Origin: a virus | Taxonomy: Duplodnaviria > Caudoviricetes | Virus record (IMG/VR): IMGVR_UViG_2939311655_000001 | Span: 1 to 64,000 of that record | DNA: 64,000 nucleotides | Strand: one strand, 5' to 3' | Shown: positions 1 through 8,069 of the stretch, piece by piece | Layout: each line of letters starts with the position of its first letter | How positions within the stretch are numbered: position 1 is the stretch's first letter | Translations under genes and position numbers: made by a program | The notes under the pieces: model-generated | What the model saw: the letters and a program-made list of their open reading frames with translations, nothing else | Database searches by the model: none | Told to the model about the DNA's origin: nothing

Positions 1-549
1 ATGACGAGACGAGTTCTGTACCTGATCGCGTGCGCGGCCGGCCCGACCCAATTCGTCGACGAGGGGGTACGGCAGGCGGTGGCCCGCGGCTGGGACACCT
101 GCCTGGTGCTGACGCCGTCGGCTGCGAGGTGGTGGGAGCCGCGCCTGGGCGAGCTGGAGAAGCTGACCGGGCACCGGGTCCGGTCGCAGTACAAGCTGCC
201 GTCGGAGACCGATGCGCTCCCGAAGGCAGACGTGATGTTGGTGGCGCCGATGTCGTGCACGACGCTGAACAAGTGGGGTGCCGGGATCAGCGACACCCTT
301 GCGATCGGGCTGCCGTCCGAGGCGGTGCACATGGGGGTGCCCGTCCTGGCGATGCCGTACTTCAACCGCGCCCAGGGCGCCCAGCCGGCTGTGGCCCGGA
401 GCATCGCGGACCTGCGCGCTCAGGGCGTCGTGTACCTCGACGGCCCCGGCGGCTACGACTCGCACCCGCCGAAGAACGGCGACCCGCGGTCCTTCCCCTG
501 GCATCTCGCCTTGGACGCGGTCGGCGCGGTTGTCGGCCCGGCGTCGTAG
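1..549 (+). CDS. Flavoprotein (HFCD/DFP-like family)
   Basis: Motifs LYLIACAAGP, VLTPSA, ADVMLVAPMSCTTLNKWGAGISDTLA typical of the Flavoprotein (PPC-decarboxylase-like) fold. Confidence 0.85.
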   Translation: MTRRVLYLIACAAGPTQFVDEGVRQAVARGWDTCLVLTPSAARWWEPRLGELEKLTGHRVRSQYKLPSETDALPKADVMLVAPMSCTTLNKWGAGISDTLAIGLPSEAVHMGVPVLAMPYFNRAQGAQPAVARSIADLRAQGVVYLDGPGGYDSHPPKNGDPRSFPWHLALDAVGAVVGPAS

Positions 550-558
550 TCTGTTCGC

Positions 559-735
559 ATGCCCACTCCCCCTACGCCCGGTTCTGCCGTGCGCTCGTTG
601 GCCGCGGTGAACGCGGACATTCGTGCGCTGTGGGCGCGCGGTGGTCGGTTGTCGGCGGAGGGGCGGCGGGAGTACGAGCGGCTCCTCGCGGAGTGGGCGG
701 CCGTGGTGCGCGGCGACGTCGTCGAGGCGGCTTGA
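559..735 (+). CDS. Small hypothetical protein (58 aa)
   Basis: Own translation MPTPPTPGSAVRSLAAVNADIRALWARGG...VVEAA; starts 9 nt after the flavoprotein stop. Confidence 0.6.
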   Translation: MPTPPTPGSAVRSLAAVNADIRALWARGGRLSAEGRREYERLLAEWAAVVRGDVVEAA

Positions 736-849
736 ACTACGCGCGGTAACCGCCAGACCTGATGGGTGCAGAGATAGTTACGCCCAGGTGCAACTATCTC
801 TGCTTCGCTCATCGCGCAGCCGTAACGATGCGTAGCCGAACGCACGAAC

Positions 850-878
850 GCCCGCCCCGTCGCGAGTCGGGGCGGGCG
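850..878. terminator. GC-rich hairpin, probable terminator
   Basis: CGCCCGCCCCG...CGGGGCGGGCG inverted repeat downstream of the + genes. Confidence 0.5.
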
Positions 879-1047
879 TAAGGCTGGGCGTCCACCTCTC
901 GGCAGATGCGGCCCGCCCGGCTTAAGCCGGTGTGCATCCATCCCTGACGGAGAGAGCCGGGTGCCACGGTTTCCCAGTGGCAGACGGGCGAGCCGTGACC
1001 AGCATGGCAGATGCGTCGCTGTCAGTGCTGCCGTTTAGGATCCGGCC

Positions 1048-1278
1048 GTGGCAAATCCGAGTGATGAACTGATTCAGCTGTGCAGGGTGGCCGTCGAGGC
1101 CGAGACCGCGGCGACGTCCGAGCCGTACACGAAAGAGGGCTGGGCGCCGTGGTTGGCGGCGGCAGAGACGTTTCAGCGGGCCGTGACAGCGGAGGCTGAG
1201 GCGACCGAGACGGACCGGGGGAAGTTGGAGCAGGCGGTGAAGAAGGCCGTGCTCTGGCCCGAGCCAGCCGAGAGGTGA
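1048..1278 (+). CDS. Hypothetical protein
   Basis: 76-aa ORF with normal composition and GC3 bias. Confidence 0.65.
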   Translation: MANPSDELIQLCRVAVEAETAATSEPYTKEGWAPWLAAAETFQRAVTAEAEATETDRGKLEQAVKKAVLWPEPAER

Positions 1279-1413
1279 CGCAGCTCCGCCCCCGTCCCGG
1301 GAGCAGCCGGGGCGGGGGCGGGAAGCAATCCCCGACTTGTAGTCGGGGGTTGATGTGACAAGCCTACGGGCGGGCACTGACAACCCGGGCTCAATCCGCC
1401 CTGGCGTGGCGAG

Positions 1414-1647
1414 TCAGCCGGTCTTCAACCCTTCCTGCCAGAAGGGGCCCTCCGCGGCCCGGTCCCATTCACGGTCTGCGACGCGGCCCGCGCGGGTCAT
1501 GGGCTCCATGACTTCGGCAGCGACCACAAGCGCCCGGCGCGCGTCGGCGGCCAGCTTCACCCTCCACTCCGGCACCACCACCGGGACCACATGCCGGTCG
1601 AGCTGGGCCAGGGCGCGATCGACGTTCGGGTACGGGCGGTACGTCAC
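1414..1647 (-). CDS. Hypothetical protein
   Basis: GTGA-coupled to the upstream ORF; GAGGA RBS. Confidence 0.65.
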   Translation of the reverse strand: MTYRPYPNVDRALAQLDRHVVPVVVPEWRVKLAADARRALVVAAEVMEPMTRAGRVADREWDRAAEGPFWQEGLKTG

Positions 1648-1814
1648 GGCTTCCTCCTCGGGTGGGGCCGGTACTCGCCGGGTGCCAGATAGACGAGCGC
1701 TTCGTCCGGGCGCGGCCGGTAAGGCGGGAGCGTGCCACCCCGGGCAGGGCCCGAGAAACCGCAGCGGCGCAGGGTGGCAGCCGCAAAGGATCGCAGCCGC
1801 AAGCGGCGGATCAT
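1644..1814 (-). CDS. Small hypothetical protein (56 aa)
   Basis: Own translation MIRRLRLRSFAAATLRRCGFSGPARGGTLPPYRPRPDEALVYLAPGEYRPHPRRKP; ATGA/GTGA overlaps on both sides. Confidence 0.55.
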   Translation of the reverse strand: MIRRLRLRSFAAATLRRCGFSGPARGGTLPPYRPRPDEALVYLAPGEYRPHPRRKP

Positions 1815-2032
1815 CGGCCGACCGCCAACCGCAGCAGCTGCGCGGTCACGCTGCCCCCGGCGACGATGAGCGCCGCCGCCGTGAAGCCCGACGCCACGAA
1901 GGCCACCGTCCAGACCAGGGCGACGACCGCCAGGACAGACGGCAGATCCCGCTCCACCGCGACCTTGAGGGCCTGGAAGGCGCGGGCGTTGTGCTGCCAG
2001 TAGCTACGCCCAGCGCGGGCGAGTGCGTTCAC
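1811..2032 (-). CDS. Small membrane protein
   Basis: Two hydrophobic segments; GAGGAGG RBS. Confidence 0.6.
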   Translation of the reverse strand: MNALARAGRSYWQHNARAFQALKVAVERDLPSVLAVVALVWTVAFVASGFTAAALIVAGGSVTAQLLRLAVGR

Positions 2033-2116
2033 GACGACCTCCTCGGGGTGCCCCCGTCGACGGGGGTGGCGGCGGGGGCATTGCCAGTGTGGCAGGAGCG
2101 GCCGACAGCGCGGGGC

Positions 2117-2311
2117 CTATCGGTCGTCCGGCCACGACTTCAGCAGCTGCCCATCGGCGGCTTCGTCGGTGAGGGTGATCCGGGCTCCGTCGACACTGCC
2201 GCGCTCACCGATCCATCGCGTGAACTTTCGCTCGGCCGTCGGTAGGTCCGCCCACCAGCCGCGCATGATCTTCCGGTCCCCGACCGACCAGGTCAGGCAG
2301 TAGCGGTCCAC
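2117..2311 (-). CDS. Hypothetical protein
   Basis: 64-aa Trp-rich ORF (MRGWWADLPTAERKFTRWIGE). Confidence 0.6.
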   Translation of the reverse strand: MDRYCLTWSVGDRKIMRGWWADLPTAERKFTRWIGERGSVDGARITLTDEAADGQLLKSWPDDR

Positions 2312-2313
2312 GG

Positions 2314-2640
2314 CTACGCCCCGTCCGTGACAACGGTCAGGGCCACGCCCACCTCGCGGGCGGCATCACGCAGCACGCCCAGGGTGTCTTCCAAGGGGGC
2401 CTGCGCGCCGCTGCGGGGTGTGGCCGCGATGAGGCAGGGCATGCACAGGTCCACCCAGCGGCGGCCGAGGCCGGCCGCGGTGACCGTGTCGGCGACGGTC
2501 GACGGCGCGTCGCAGCCCAGGCACGGAAACCGGCCCCGGAGCCGCTCGATGGCTGCACTTCCGCACGGTGTCCACGGTGGGGCGGGATCCAGCACGGCCG
2601 GGTCGATGCCGAAGGAACGCAGCAGGTCAGCCTCGTGCAT
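2314..2640 (-). CDS. Hypothetical protein with CxxC...WVDLCxxC zinc motif
   Basis: Start reassigned to MHEADLL after GAGGAGG RBS. Confidence 0.6.
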   Translation of the reverse strand: MHEADLLRSFGIDPAVLDPAPPWTPCGSAAIERLRGRFPCLGCDAPSTVADTVTAAGLGRRWVDLCMPCLIAATPRSGAQAPLEDTLGVLRDAAREVGVALTVVTDGA

Positions 2641-2706
2641 GCGGCACCTCCTCGCCTGCCCTGGAACGGTACGCCCGGCGGGAGAGCCCACAGGCGAGGC
2701 GTAAAG

Positions 2707-2722
2707 TAGAACATATGTACGA
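2707..2722. promoter_or_regulatory. Putative LexA (SOS) box overlapping the DUF6233 start
   Basis: TAGAAC-ATAT-GTACGA vs actinobacterial consensus TCGAAC-N4-GTTCGA (2 mismatches). Confidence 0.6.
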
Positions 2723-3050
2723 CCTGCCGCCCGACCTGCCACGCCTCCGCACATTGAGGACCTGGTACGCGATGTGGGTGGTTCGCATCGACGAAGCCAT
2801 TGCCGCAGCTGAGCAACGGGAGAAGGAGGAGCGGCAGGGCGAGGAGCGGCGACCTGCCCCGCCCGACTGGGTGCTGGAGCTCGGGATCGGCGTCGGCGCA
2901 CCACCAACCGAGGTCCACGTCGGCGGCTGCTACGCCGCAGGAAAGCGGCGACGGGCGATCAGTCGGGAGCAGGCGCTCGCCGCCCTCGCCGAAGGGGTGC
3001 GGGCCTGCGCCCACTGCCGGCCAGACACCGACCTCGGGGTGCTCGGCTAG
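2715..3050 (+). CDS. DUF6233-like protein
   Basis: MYDLPPDLPRL..., VHVGGC and ACAHCRPD motifs typical of Streptomyces DUF6233. Confidence 0.75.
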   Translation: MYDLPPDLPRLRTLRTWYAMWVVRIDEAIAAAEQREKEERQGEERRPAPPDWVLELGIGVGAPPTEVHVGGCYAAGKRRRAISREQALAALAEGVRACAHCRPDTDLGVLG

Positions 3051-3953
3051 TCAGGCGCTCTTCGGCTTCTTGGTCGCAGCCTTCTTCGCCGCCGTCTTCT
3101 TGGCTGGGGCCTTCTTCGCGGCCGTCTTCTTGCGGGGCTTCATCTCGTGGACCGTGGCGTCATCGCCCTCACCGCGGGACTCCTTGGCCTTCTGTACGGA
3201 CGCGTTCAGGGCGGCCATCAGGTCAAGGACCTCACCCCGCTGCTGCTCGCCGCCCTCGGCGACCTCCGGGAGTTCCTTGCCCTCCTGCTTGGCCTCAATC
3301 AGCTGCTCCAAGGCGTCCCGGTACTCGTCCCGGTAGCCGCTGATGTCGGCGGTCATCATCGACTCCATCAGCTCCATTGCCCGCTTGATCTCGTCCTCAT
3401 CCACGTCCACGGCATCCGGGGCCAGCTCAGCCGGGTCGCGGATCTCGTCCGGCCATTTCATGGAGTGGAGGACGAGCGCGTCGCCCCGGATGCTGAGCAG
3501 GCCCAACCTCTCCCGGTTGTGCCACGCGAACTTCGCCACGGCGACCTTCGAGGTCCGCTCCAGCGCGCGCCTGAGCAGCACATACGGTTTGGCTGCCACG
3601 GCGCCGTCAGCGGACAGGTAGTAGCTGTCGGAGATGCGCACAGGGTCAATCGACTCCGCGGGGACGAACGCGACGATCTCGATGGCCTTCGCCGTAGGCA
3701 GAGGCATCTCATCCAACTCCTCGTCGGTGACCGGGACGACCTGGTCCTTCGTGAGCTGGTAGCCCTTCCCGATGTCCTCCTGGCCGAGGGCCTTGCCGTC
3801 GATCTCGCACACCTTCCGGGTCCGCACCCGGGCCATGTCCTTCAGGTGGACCTGGTGGAAGTGGATCGAGTGATCCTCGGAGGCGGACGAGACGCGGATA
3901 GGAATGGTCACTAGCCCGAAGCTGATAGCACCGGCCCAAATCGTCGACGGCAT
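3051..3953 (-). CDS. ku: Non-homologous end-joining protein Ku
   Basis: IWAGAISFGLVTIPI, IGKGY, DEYRDAL, DLMAALNAS and Lys/Ala-rich tail. Confidence 0.95.
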   Translation of the reverse strand: MPSTIWAGAISFGLVTIPIRVSSASEDHSIHFHQVHLKDMARVRTRKVCEIDGKALGQEDIGKGYQLTKDQVVPVTDEELDEMPLPTAKAIEIVAFVPAESIDPVRISDSYYLSADGAVAAKPYVLLRRALERTSKVAVAKFAWHNRERLGLLSIRGDALVLHSMKWPDEIRDPAELAPDAVDVDEDEIKRAMELMESMMTADISGYRDEYRDALEQLIEAKQEGKELPEVAEGGEQQRGEVLDLMAALNASVQKAKESRGEGDDATVHEMKPRKKTAAKKAPAKKTAAKKAATKKPKSA

Positions 3954-4151
3954 TCGTACCTCCAAGAGCCCTCTGCGGCTAGCGGGAGGCGGACCGGCCG
4001 CCAATAGGGAGACCTGGTCGAGGCCAGGGGGCGACCGGGCCACCGCCCGTACACCGATCCTCACGCTGCCCGGGCCAGCCCGCATCCGGGGAAGACCGAA
4101 GCGGCGCCCCTCGCACAGGAGGGACGCCGCTGCTGGAGATGCCTGGGCCGG

Positions 4152-4505
4152 TTAGTAGCGCTCGTCGTACACCCGCGTGCCGGGACGCGCATACCTACCG
4201 TCCCGGAGGCGAATCCCGGCCTCGATGCCGCCGTCTTGGCGTCCCGACCGAGTCCTCGTCTCGACCCCGCAGGCCTCTGCGAACTCATAGACGTCAAAGT
4301 TGGGGTCTTCGTAGCCCAGCACCTGGGCCGTCACCCACATGACGTTCATACGGATGCGGTCCGTCTCCGACTCCGGAAGCTGCTTTCCCCGTCCGCCGTC
4401 ATCGGCGCGGTCGTGCCCCGCCCGGTCGGCGCGAAAAGGAGCATCGGACCAGTCGTGGTTTCTGATCTCGGCGGCGTGGAGACGTGCGATGTGACTCAAG
4501 GCCAT
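4152..4505 (-). CDS. Hypothetical protein
   Basis: ORF with DPNFDVYEFAEACG motif; GGAGG RBS before MALSH. Confidence 0.65.
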   Translation of the reverse strand: MALSHIARLHAAEIRNHDWSDAPFRADRAGHDRADDGGRGKQLPESETDRIRMNVMWVTAQVLGYEDPNFDVYEFAEACGVETRTRSGRQDGGIEAGIRLRDGRYARPGTRVYDERY

Positions 4506-4594
4506 GGAGTCCTCCGACAGGACTAGCACTGCGCCATCCCCCGACGGGATGGTCCGCCGATGCTACGCCGACGTAATCCAAGGCCGCATGGAGA

Positions 4595-5251
4595 TCAGTC
4601 GGCCGGCTCGTACTCGATCACCTGCTGGCCGCACGTCTCCGCCAGGTCCGCCAGGGCCGCGGCCTCGGGCTGGTCCACGGTGAGCCCCCAGCGGAGCTTC
4701 GTCGACACCCAGTCTGCGGCGTAGGTGCAGCGCGCGTCTGCCAGGGGCGGTAGCCACGTCGACGGGTCCTGGTCACTCTTCGACCGGTTCGTCTTCGCCG
4801 TCACGGCGACGAGGCTGCGGTCGGCGTCGAGGTCATTCGCGTAGGCCTGGCGGCGGGCTGCGGACCACTGCGATGCCCCGCTATCCCAGGCCTCTGCGAG
4901 GGGGACCATGTGGTCAATGTCCAGGCCGCCGGGTGCGGTGAGGGTGACGCCGTCGTAGTACGAGTACCAGGAGCCGGCGGTCACCTTGCAGCTGGCCTCG
5001 ACGGTGGCCGGGATGCGGGACTCCGCGATGAGAACCTCTGCCCGGGTGTTGCAGGAGTCCTTGTCGGCGTCCACCCAGTGCTTGAACGCGGTGCGCTTGT
5101 AGCCGTCGCGGGACTCGGCGGCAAGCGGCAACTGCTGGACTCCGTCGGCGAAGGTGAGGACGTCCGCCTGAGCTTGGGCGGGGGTAGCGGCGAGCAGGGG
5201 CAGGAGCGTGAGAGCGGCGACAGTAAAGCCCCGCACAGACTTAGTGATCAT
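4595..5251 (-). CDS. Secreted HNH nuclease (DUF1524/GmrSD C-terminal-like)
   Basis: Signal peptide (ATPAQA), CNTRAEVL, DIDHMVPLAEAW, NRSKSDQDP motifs. Confidence 0.85.
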   Translation of the reverse strand: MITKSVRGFTVAALTLLPLLAATPAQAQADVLTFADGVQQLPLAAESRDGYKRTAFKHWVDADKDSCNTRAEVLIAESRIPATVEASCKVTAGSWYSYYDGVTLTAPGGLDIDHMVPLAEAWDSGASQWSAARRQAYANDLDADRSLVAVTAKTNRSKSDQDPSTWLPPLADARCTYAADWVSTKLRWGLTVDQPEAAALADLAETCGQQVIEYEPAD

Positions 5252-5340
5252 GAAGCCTTGGTACCGGCCCTCAGACCTCAACCACCGGAGAAGCGCGCAC
5301 AAGTCACCCGCGGGGACAGCAAGTCGTACAGCAGGCTTAG

Positions 5341-5892
5341 ATGAGCGCCATGAGCCTGATCGCCCTCGCCGCCGGCGAGGTCAACAAGAAGAGTCCCGGA
5401 TACGACGTCACTGAAGGCTGGGGCATGATCGCCGCCGCAGGCCTGACCGTTGTGGGCATGCTGATCGCCGCATGGGTTGCGTATAGCGCAGGACGCCGGC
5501 AAGTCGCCGACCAAGGACTCATCGAGCACCGGCACTGGCGGCGCCAGAACCGCCTGGAGGCGTACAAGCAGTTCATGGTGGCCACCGACGGCTTCACCGA
5601 GGCCATGGACAAGTGGCGAACAGCACGCAGCACAACAGATATTGGGCGCGCCCTGGAGGCACTATCCGCGGCAGCGGCGGGGATCCGACTCTCCGGGCCT
5701 CAAGCTTTGCAACCGCACGCCGACAAGGTCACACAGGCGGCAGGCACCGTATATCGCCGCCTGCGTCACCCCGTACAGGTGGTGCTTCCGATCCCGACGC
5801 AGCTCTGGCTGCAGCTGTCCCGCGGCGTGATAAACGCCCAGAACACGTTCGTCGTCGAAGCCGCCAAGGTGCTCGACGACCCGAACCTTTAG
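5341..5892 (+). CDS. Membrane-anchored hypothetical protein
   Basis: Single N-terminal TM helix followed by a helical domain (RLEAY). Confidence 0.65.
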   Translation: MSAMSLIALAAGEVNKKSPGYDVTEGWGMIAAAGLTVVGMLIAAWVAYSAGRRQVADQGLIEHRHWRRQNRLEAYKQFMVATDGFTEAMDKWRTARSTTDIGRALEALSAAAAGIRLSGPQALQPHADKVTQAAGTVYRRLRHPVQVVLPIPTQLWLQLSRGVINAQNTFVVEAAKVLDDPNL

Positions 5893-6111
5893 GCAGCCGC
5901 CTAGCCCCCCGTGGGGAGCCGGGAGGGCGGCAGGCCCCGCCCGCAACGGGGGCAGCGGGCAGGGCCTGAGCGGGGGAACTGCCTGGGGGGCGAGCTCCAG
6001 CCGTGCGATCAACGATGCACCCGTTCCGGCCACCAAGGAAGAGGGGTGACGCGATTTCTACTATCGGAGATGTGCGTGCGCACGTCAGGGAACCGGAGCA
6101 CAATCCGCTTC

Positions 6112-6417
6112 ATGACTAGCCCTGATCTCCCGCCCGATGTCGACGCGTTCATGGACTTCATTGGCCAGAACATCGAGCTATCCGGTGATCTCGTCTGGCA
6201 GGAGCGAGACCGGCTCAAGTCCGACATGATGCTTGTGCCAAACCGTTGGGCACCGTCACGAGTCTCCCCCGAGGCCTTCCGCAGCAAGTGCGAGGTAGTG
6301 GGCATGACCTCGGAGGACGTAGCCGAAGTCGTCGACTGGCTTCGCAGGGCACAAAGCGGACGGCGACTGCGGCCGCAGCACATCAAGGACTACAGGTGGC
6401 ACCAAGACCCGGCGTAG
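6112..6417 (+). CDS. Hypothetical protein, weak DUF1889/YoaC-like resemblance
   Basis: AFMDFIG...G-M...VVDWLRRAQSGRR pattern recalled from DUF1889; not verified. Confidence 0.5.
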   Translation: MTSPDLPPDVDAFMDFIGQNIELSGDLVWQERDRLKSDMMLVPNRWAPSRVSPEAFRSKCEVVGMTSEDVAEVVDWLRRAQSGRRLRPQHIKDYRWHQDPA

Positions 6418-6422
6418 TGGGC

Positions 6423-6845
6423 TCAGGTGACATCGCCGCGACGCGCAACGTAGTGCCGCTCCACGCGGCCGACAGGGCCGATAAGAGTGTCCTCGCCTAC
6501 TAGGAGCCAGTCCGTCCAGTACGTTCCGCCGCCGTGATGCTCGCCACGGCAGGAGCAGGTGCAATCGCCGCCCGCTGCGGTCTGGCACTTCCGGTCACAT
6601 CGCTCGGTCGTTGAGAACTCCAGGTACACATCGACCTCTCCGAACCGCTTGGCGAGGCTCTCGATGAGCAGGCGGAGGTGCGGCTTGGCGATCTCCCAGC
6701 GGCCGGGCGTCACCGTGTTGTTCCGGCGCGGACGGATGCGCTCGCCAAGCGCGTTGTGTAGCCAGCTCCGGTTGCCAGCCTTGTAGGGCATCCACGCCCA
6801 AAGTCGCGTCTCGTCGTAGCCGCGGCGCACCCAGGGGCGGTTCAC
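6423..6845 (-). CDS. Cys-rich hypothetical protein
   Basis: CDRKCQTAAGGDCTCSCRGEHHG metal-binding motif; GTGA-coupled to endonuclease VII. Confidence 0.7.
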   Translation of the reverse strand: MNRPWVRRGYDETRLWAWMPYKAGNRSWLHNALGERIRPRRNNTVTPGRWEIAKPHLRLLIESLAKRFGEVDVYLEFSTTERCDRKCQTAAGGDCTCSCRGEHHGGGTYWTDWLLVGEDTLIGPVGRVERHYVARRGDVT

Positions 6846-7324
6846 AGTCCGATGTCCTCCGATGCGGCGTCGGTCCACTTGTCAGCCCAATCGACTGCTG
6901 ATGCAGCTCGAGGCTGAGCGCGCTCCCCTGTGATCGGGTCGACATAGGGGATCGAGAAGCCAAGGATCACTGTCGGCGGCCGCTCTCGGTAACGCGCAAA
7001 GATTGTGTCTGGCTCGAGGTTGGCCCCCTCGGCAGTGTTGCATGAGCTGCAAAGCCAGCCGCGAATGAGCCCGGTGGCATGGTCGTGGTCGCAGACGAGT
7101 TCTCGAGCTTTGCCGCAAATTGCGCAGCGGCCCTCCTGCCAGTCGGCCAGAACGACGGCCGCGTCGCCGGTGAGAGATTCAGCTGCACTCTCGAGCTTCC
7201 AGAGCACCTCTGCCTGCTCGAGAGTGCTCCCCTGCCGCTCGGCGTGCTCGAGGAACGTTCGCCTGGCGCGCTCGGGCGAGGCGAGCTCGGAGGGCCAGTA
7301 CCAGCAGAGTGGGTTCGCGGTCAC
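6842..7324 (-). CDS. Recombination endonuclease VII domain protein
   Basis: QEGRCAICG...LVCDHDHATGLIRGWLCSSCNTAEG signature. Confidence 0.85.
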   Translation of the reverse strand: MTANPLCWYWPSELASPERARRTFLEHAERQGSTLEQAEVLWKLESAAESLTGDAAVVLADWQEGRCAICGKARELVCDHDHATGLIRGWLCSSCNTAEGANLEPDTIFARYRERPPTVILGFSIPYVDPITGERAQPRAASAVDWADKWTDAASEDIGL

Positions 7325-7929
7325 GCCGACACCCCCGCAGCTTCGTCGTGCTGGCGGAGCGCCTGCGAGATAGCGCCCACGCTGGGGTTCTTCCCCTTGT
7401 TCGCGCCTTCGGTGATCCGAAGGTGGGGTTGGATCTGCTTGAGGCTGTAGCCCTTGGTGCGCAGCGCGACGGCTTGGACGACCAGCGGTTCGGTCATGAC
7501 CGGGCGCCTGCCGCCGACTCGCCCTCGAGCTCGAGCGGCTTCGAGGCCGTTCTTGGTCTTTTTGACGATGTCGCGTCGCCGCTCGGAGGCGAGTACGAGT
7601 GCGAGCTCGAGGAGCAGGTTCATCTCTGTGTGCTCGCCGGCCCCGACACCCTCGAGGACCTTGACGGAGATGTCCCTCTGGAACAGCTCAGCGAGGGTCA
7701 TGAGGCCGGTCAAGGTGTCGCGGCCGAGGCGGTCGACTTCCTGGACGCAGAGCATGTCGCCGCCGCGGAGGTACTCGAGGGCGGCGGTGAGTCCAGGTCG
7801 TTCGGCGACGGCAAGCTTGCCGGAGACCTTCTCCTCGAAGACCTTGACGCAGATGGGATCGAGCGCGTCGTGCTGGCGATCCACGTTCTGCTTGTCGGTT
7901 GATACGCGGACAAGTCCGACCAGTGCCAT
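7321..7929 (-). CDS. Small serine recombinase (resolvase/invertase)
   Basis: RVSTDKQ catalytic Ser motif, EEKVSG, DRLGR, GLEAARARGRVGGR, C-terminal HTH. Confidence 0.93.
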   Translation of the reverse strand: MALVGLVRVSTDKQNVDRQHDALDPICVKVFEEKVSGKLAVAERPGLTAALEYLRGGDMLCVQEVDRLGRDTLTGLMTLAELFQRDISVKVLEGVGAGEHTEMNLLLELALVLASERRRDIVKKTKNGLEAARARGRVGGRRPVMTEPLVVQAVALRTKGYSLKQIQPHLRITEGANKGKNPSVGAISQALRQHDEAAGVSA

Positions 7930-7939
7930 GCAGCCTCGC

Positions 7940-8069
7940 TTCATCTAAGGGGTTGGGGTGCGTAGTTGAACGGTATCGGTTGGTGAACCCTTTGATGAAC
8001 GGATGGCGGGAATCTACGCTCGAGTTACGCCTCCCGGAGGGGGGATTCATCTATCGACCGATTGATGAA
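7940..8069. promoter_or_regulatory. res-like recombinase binding region
   Basis: Inverted half-sites TTCATCTAAGGGGTT (7940) / AACCCTTTGATGAA (7986) and palindrome TTCATCTATCG-AC-CGATTGATGAA (8046-8069) directly upstream of the resolvase. Confidence 0.65.

Noticed and set aside
1-549. Lanthipeptide decarboxylase (EpiD-type) or coaBC
   Set aside because: No precursor or lan genes and no CoaB domain in the window; upstream context is not visible
740-1410. attL/attR or tRNA remnant marking the prophage end
   Set aside because: Only generic hairpins found; no recognisable tRNA 3' end or repeat partner in the window
7321-7929. Prophage integrase
   Set aside because: About 200 aa with no recombinase or zinc-ribbon domains of large serine integrases
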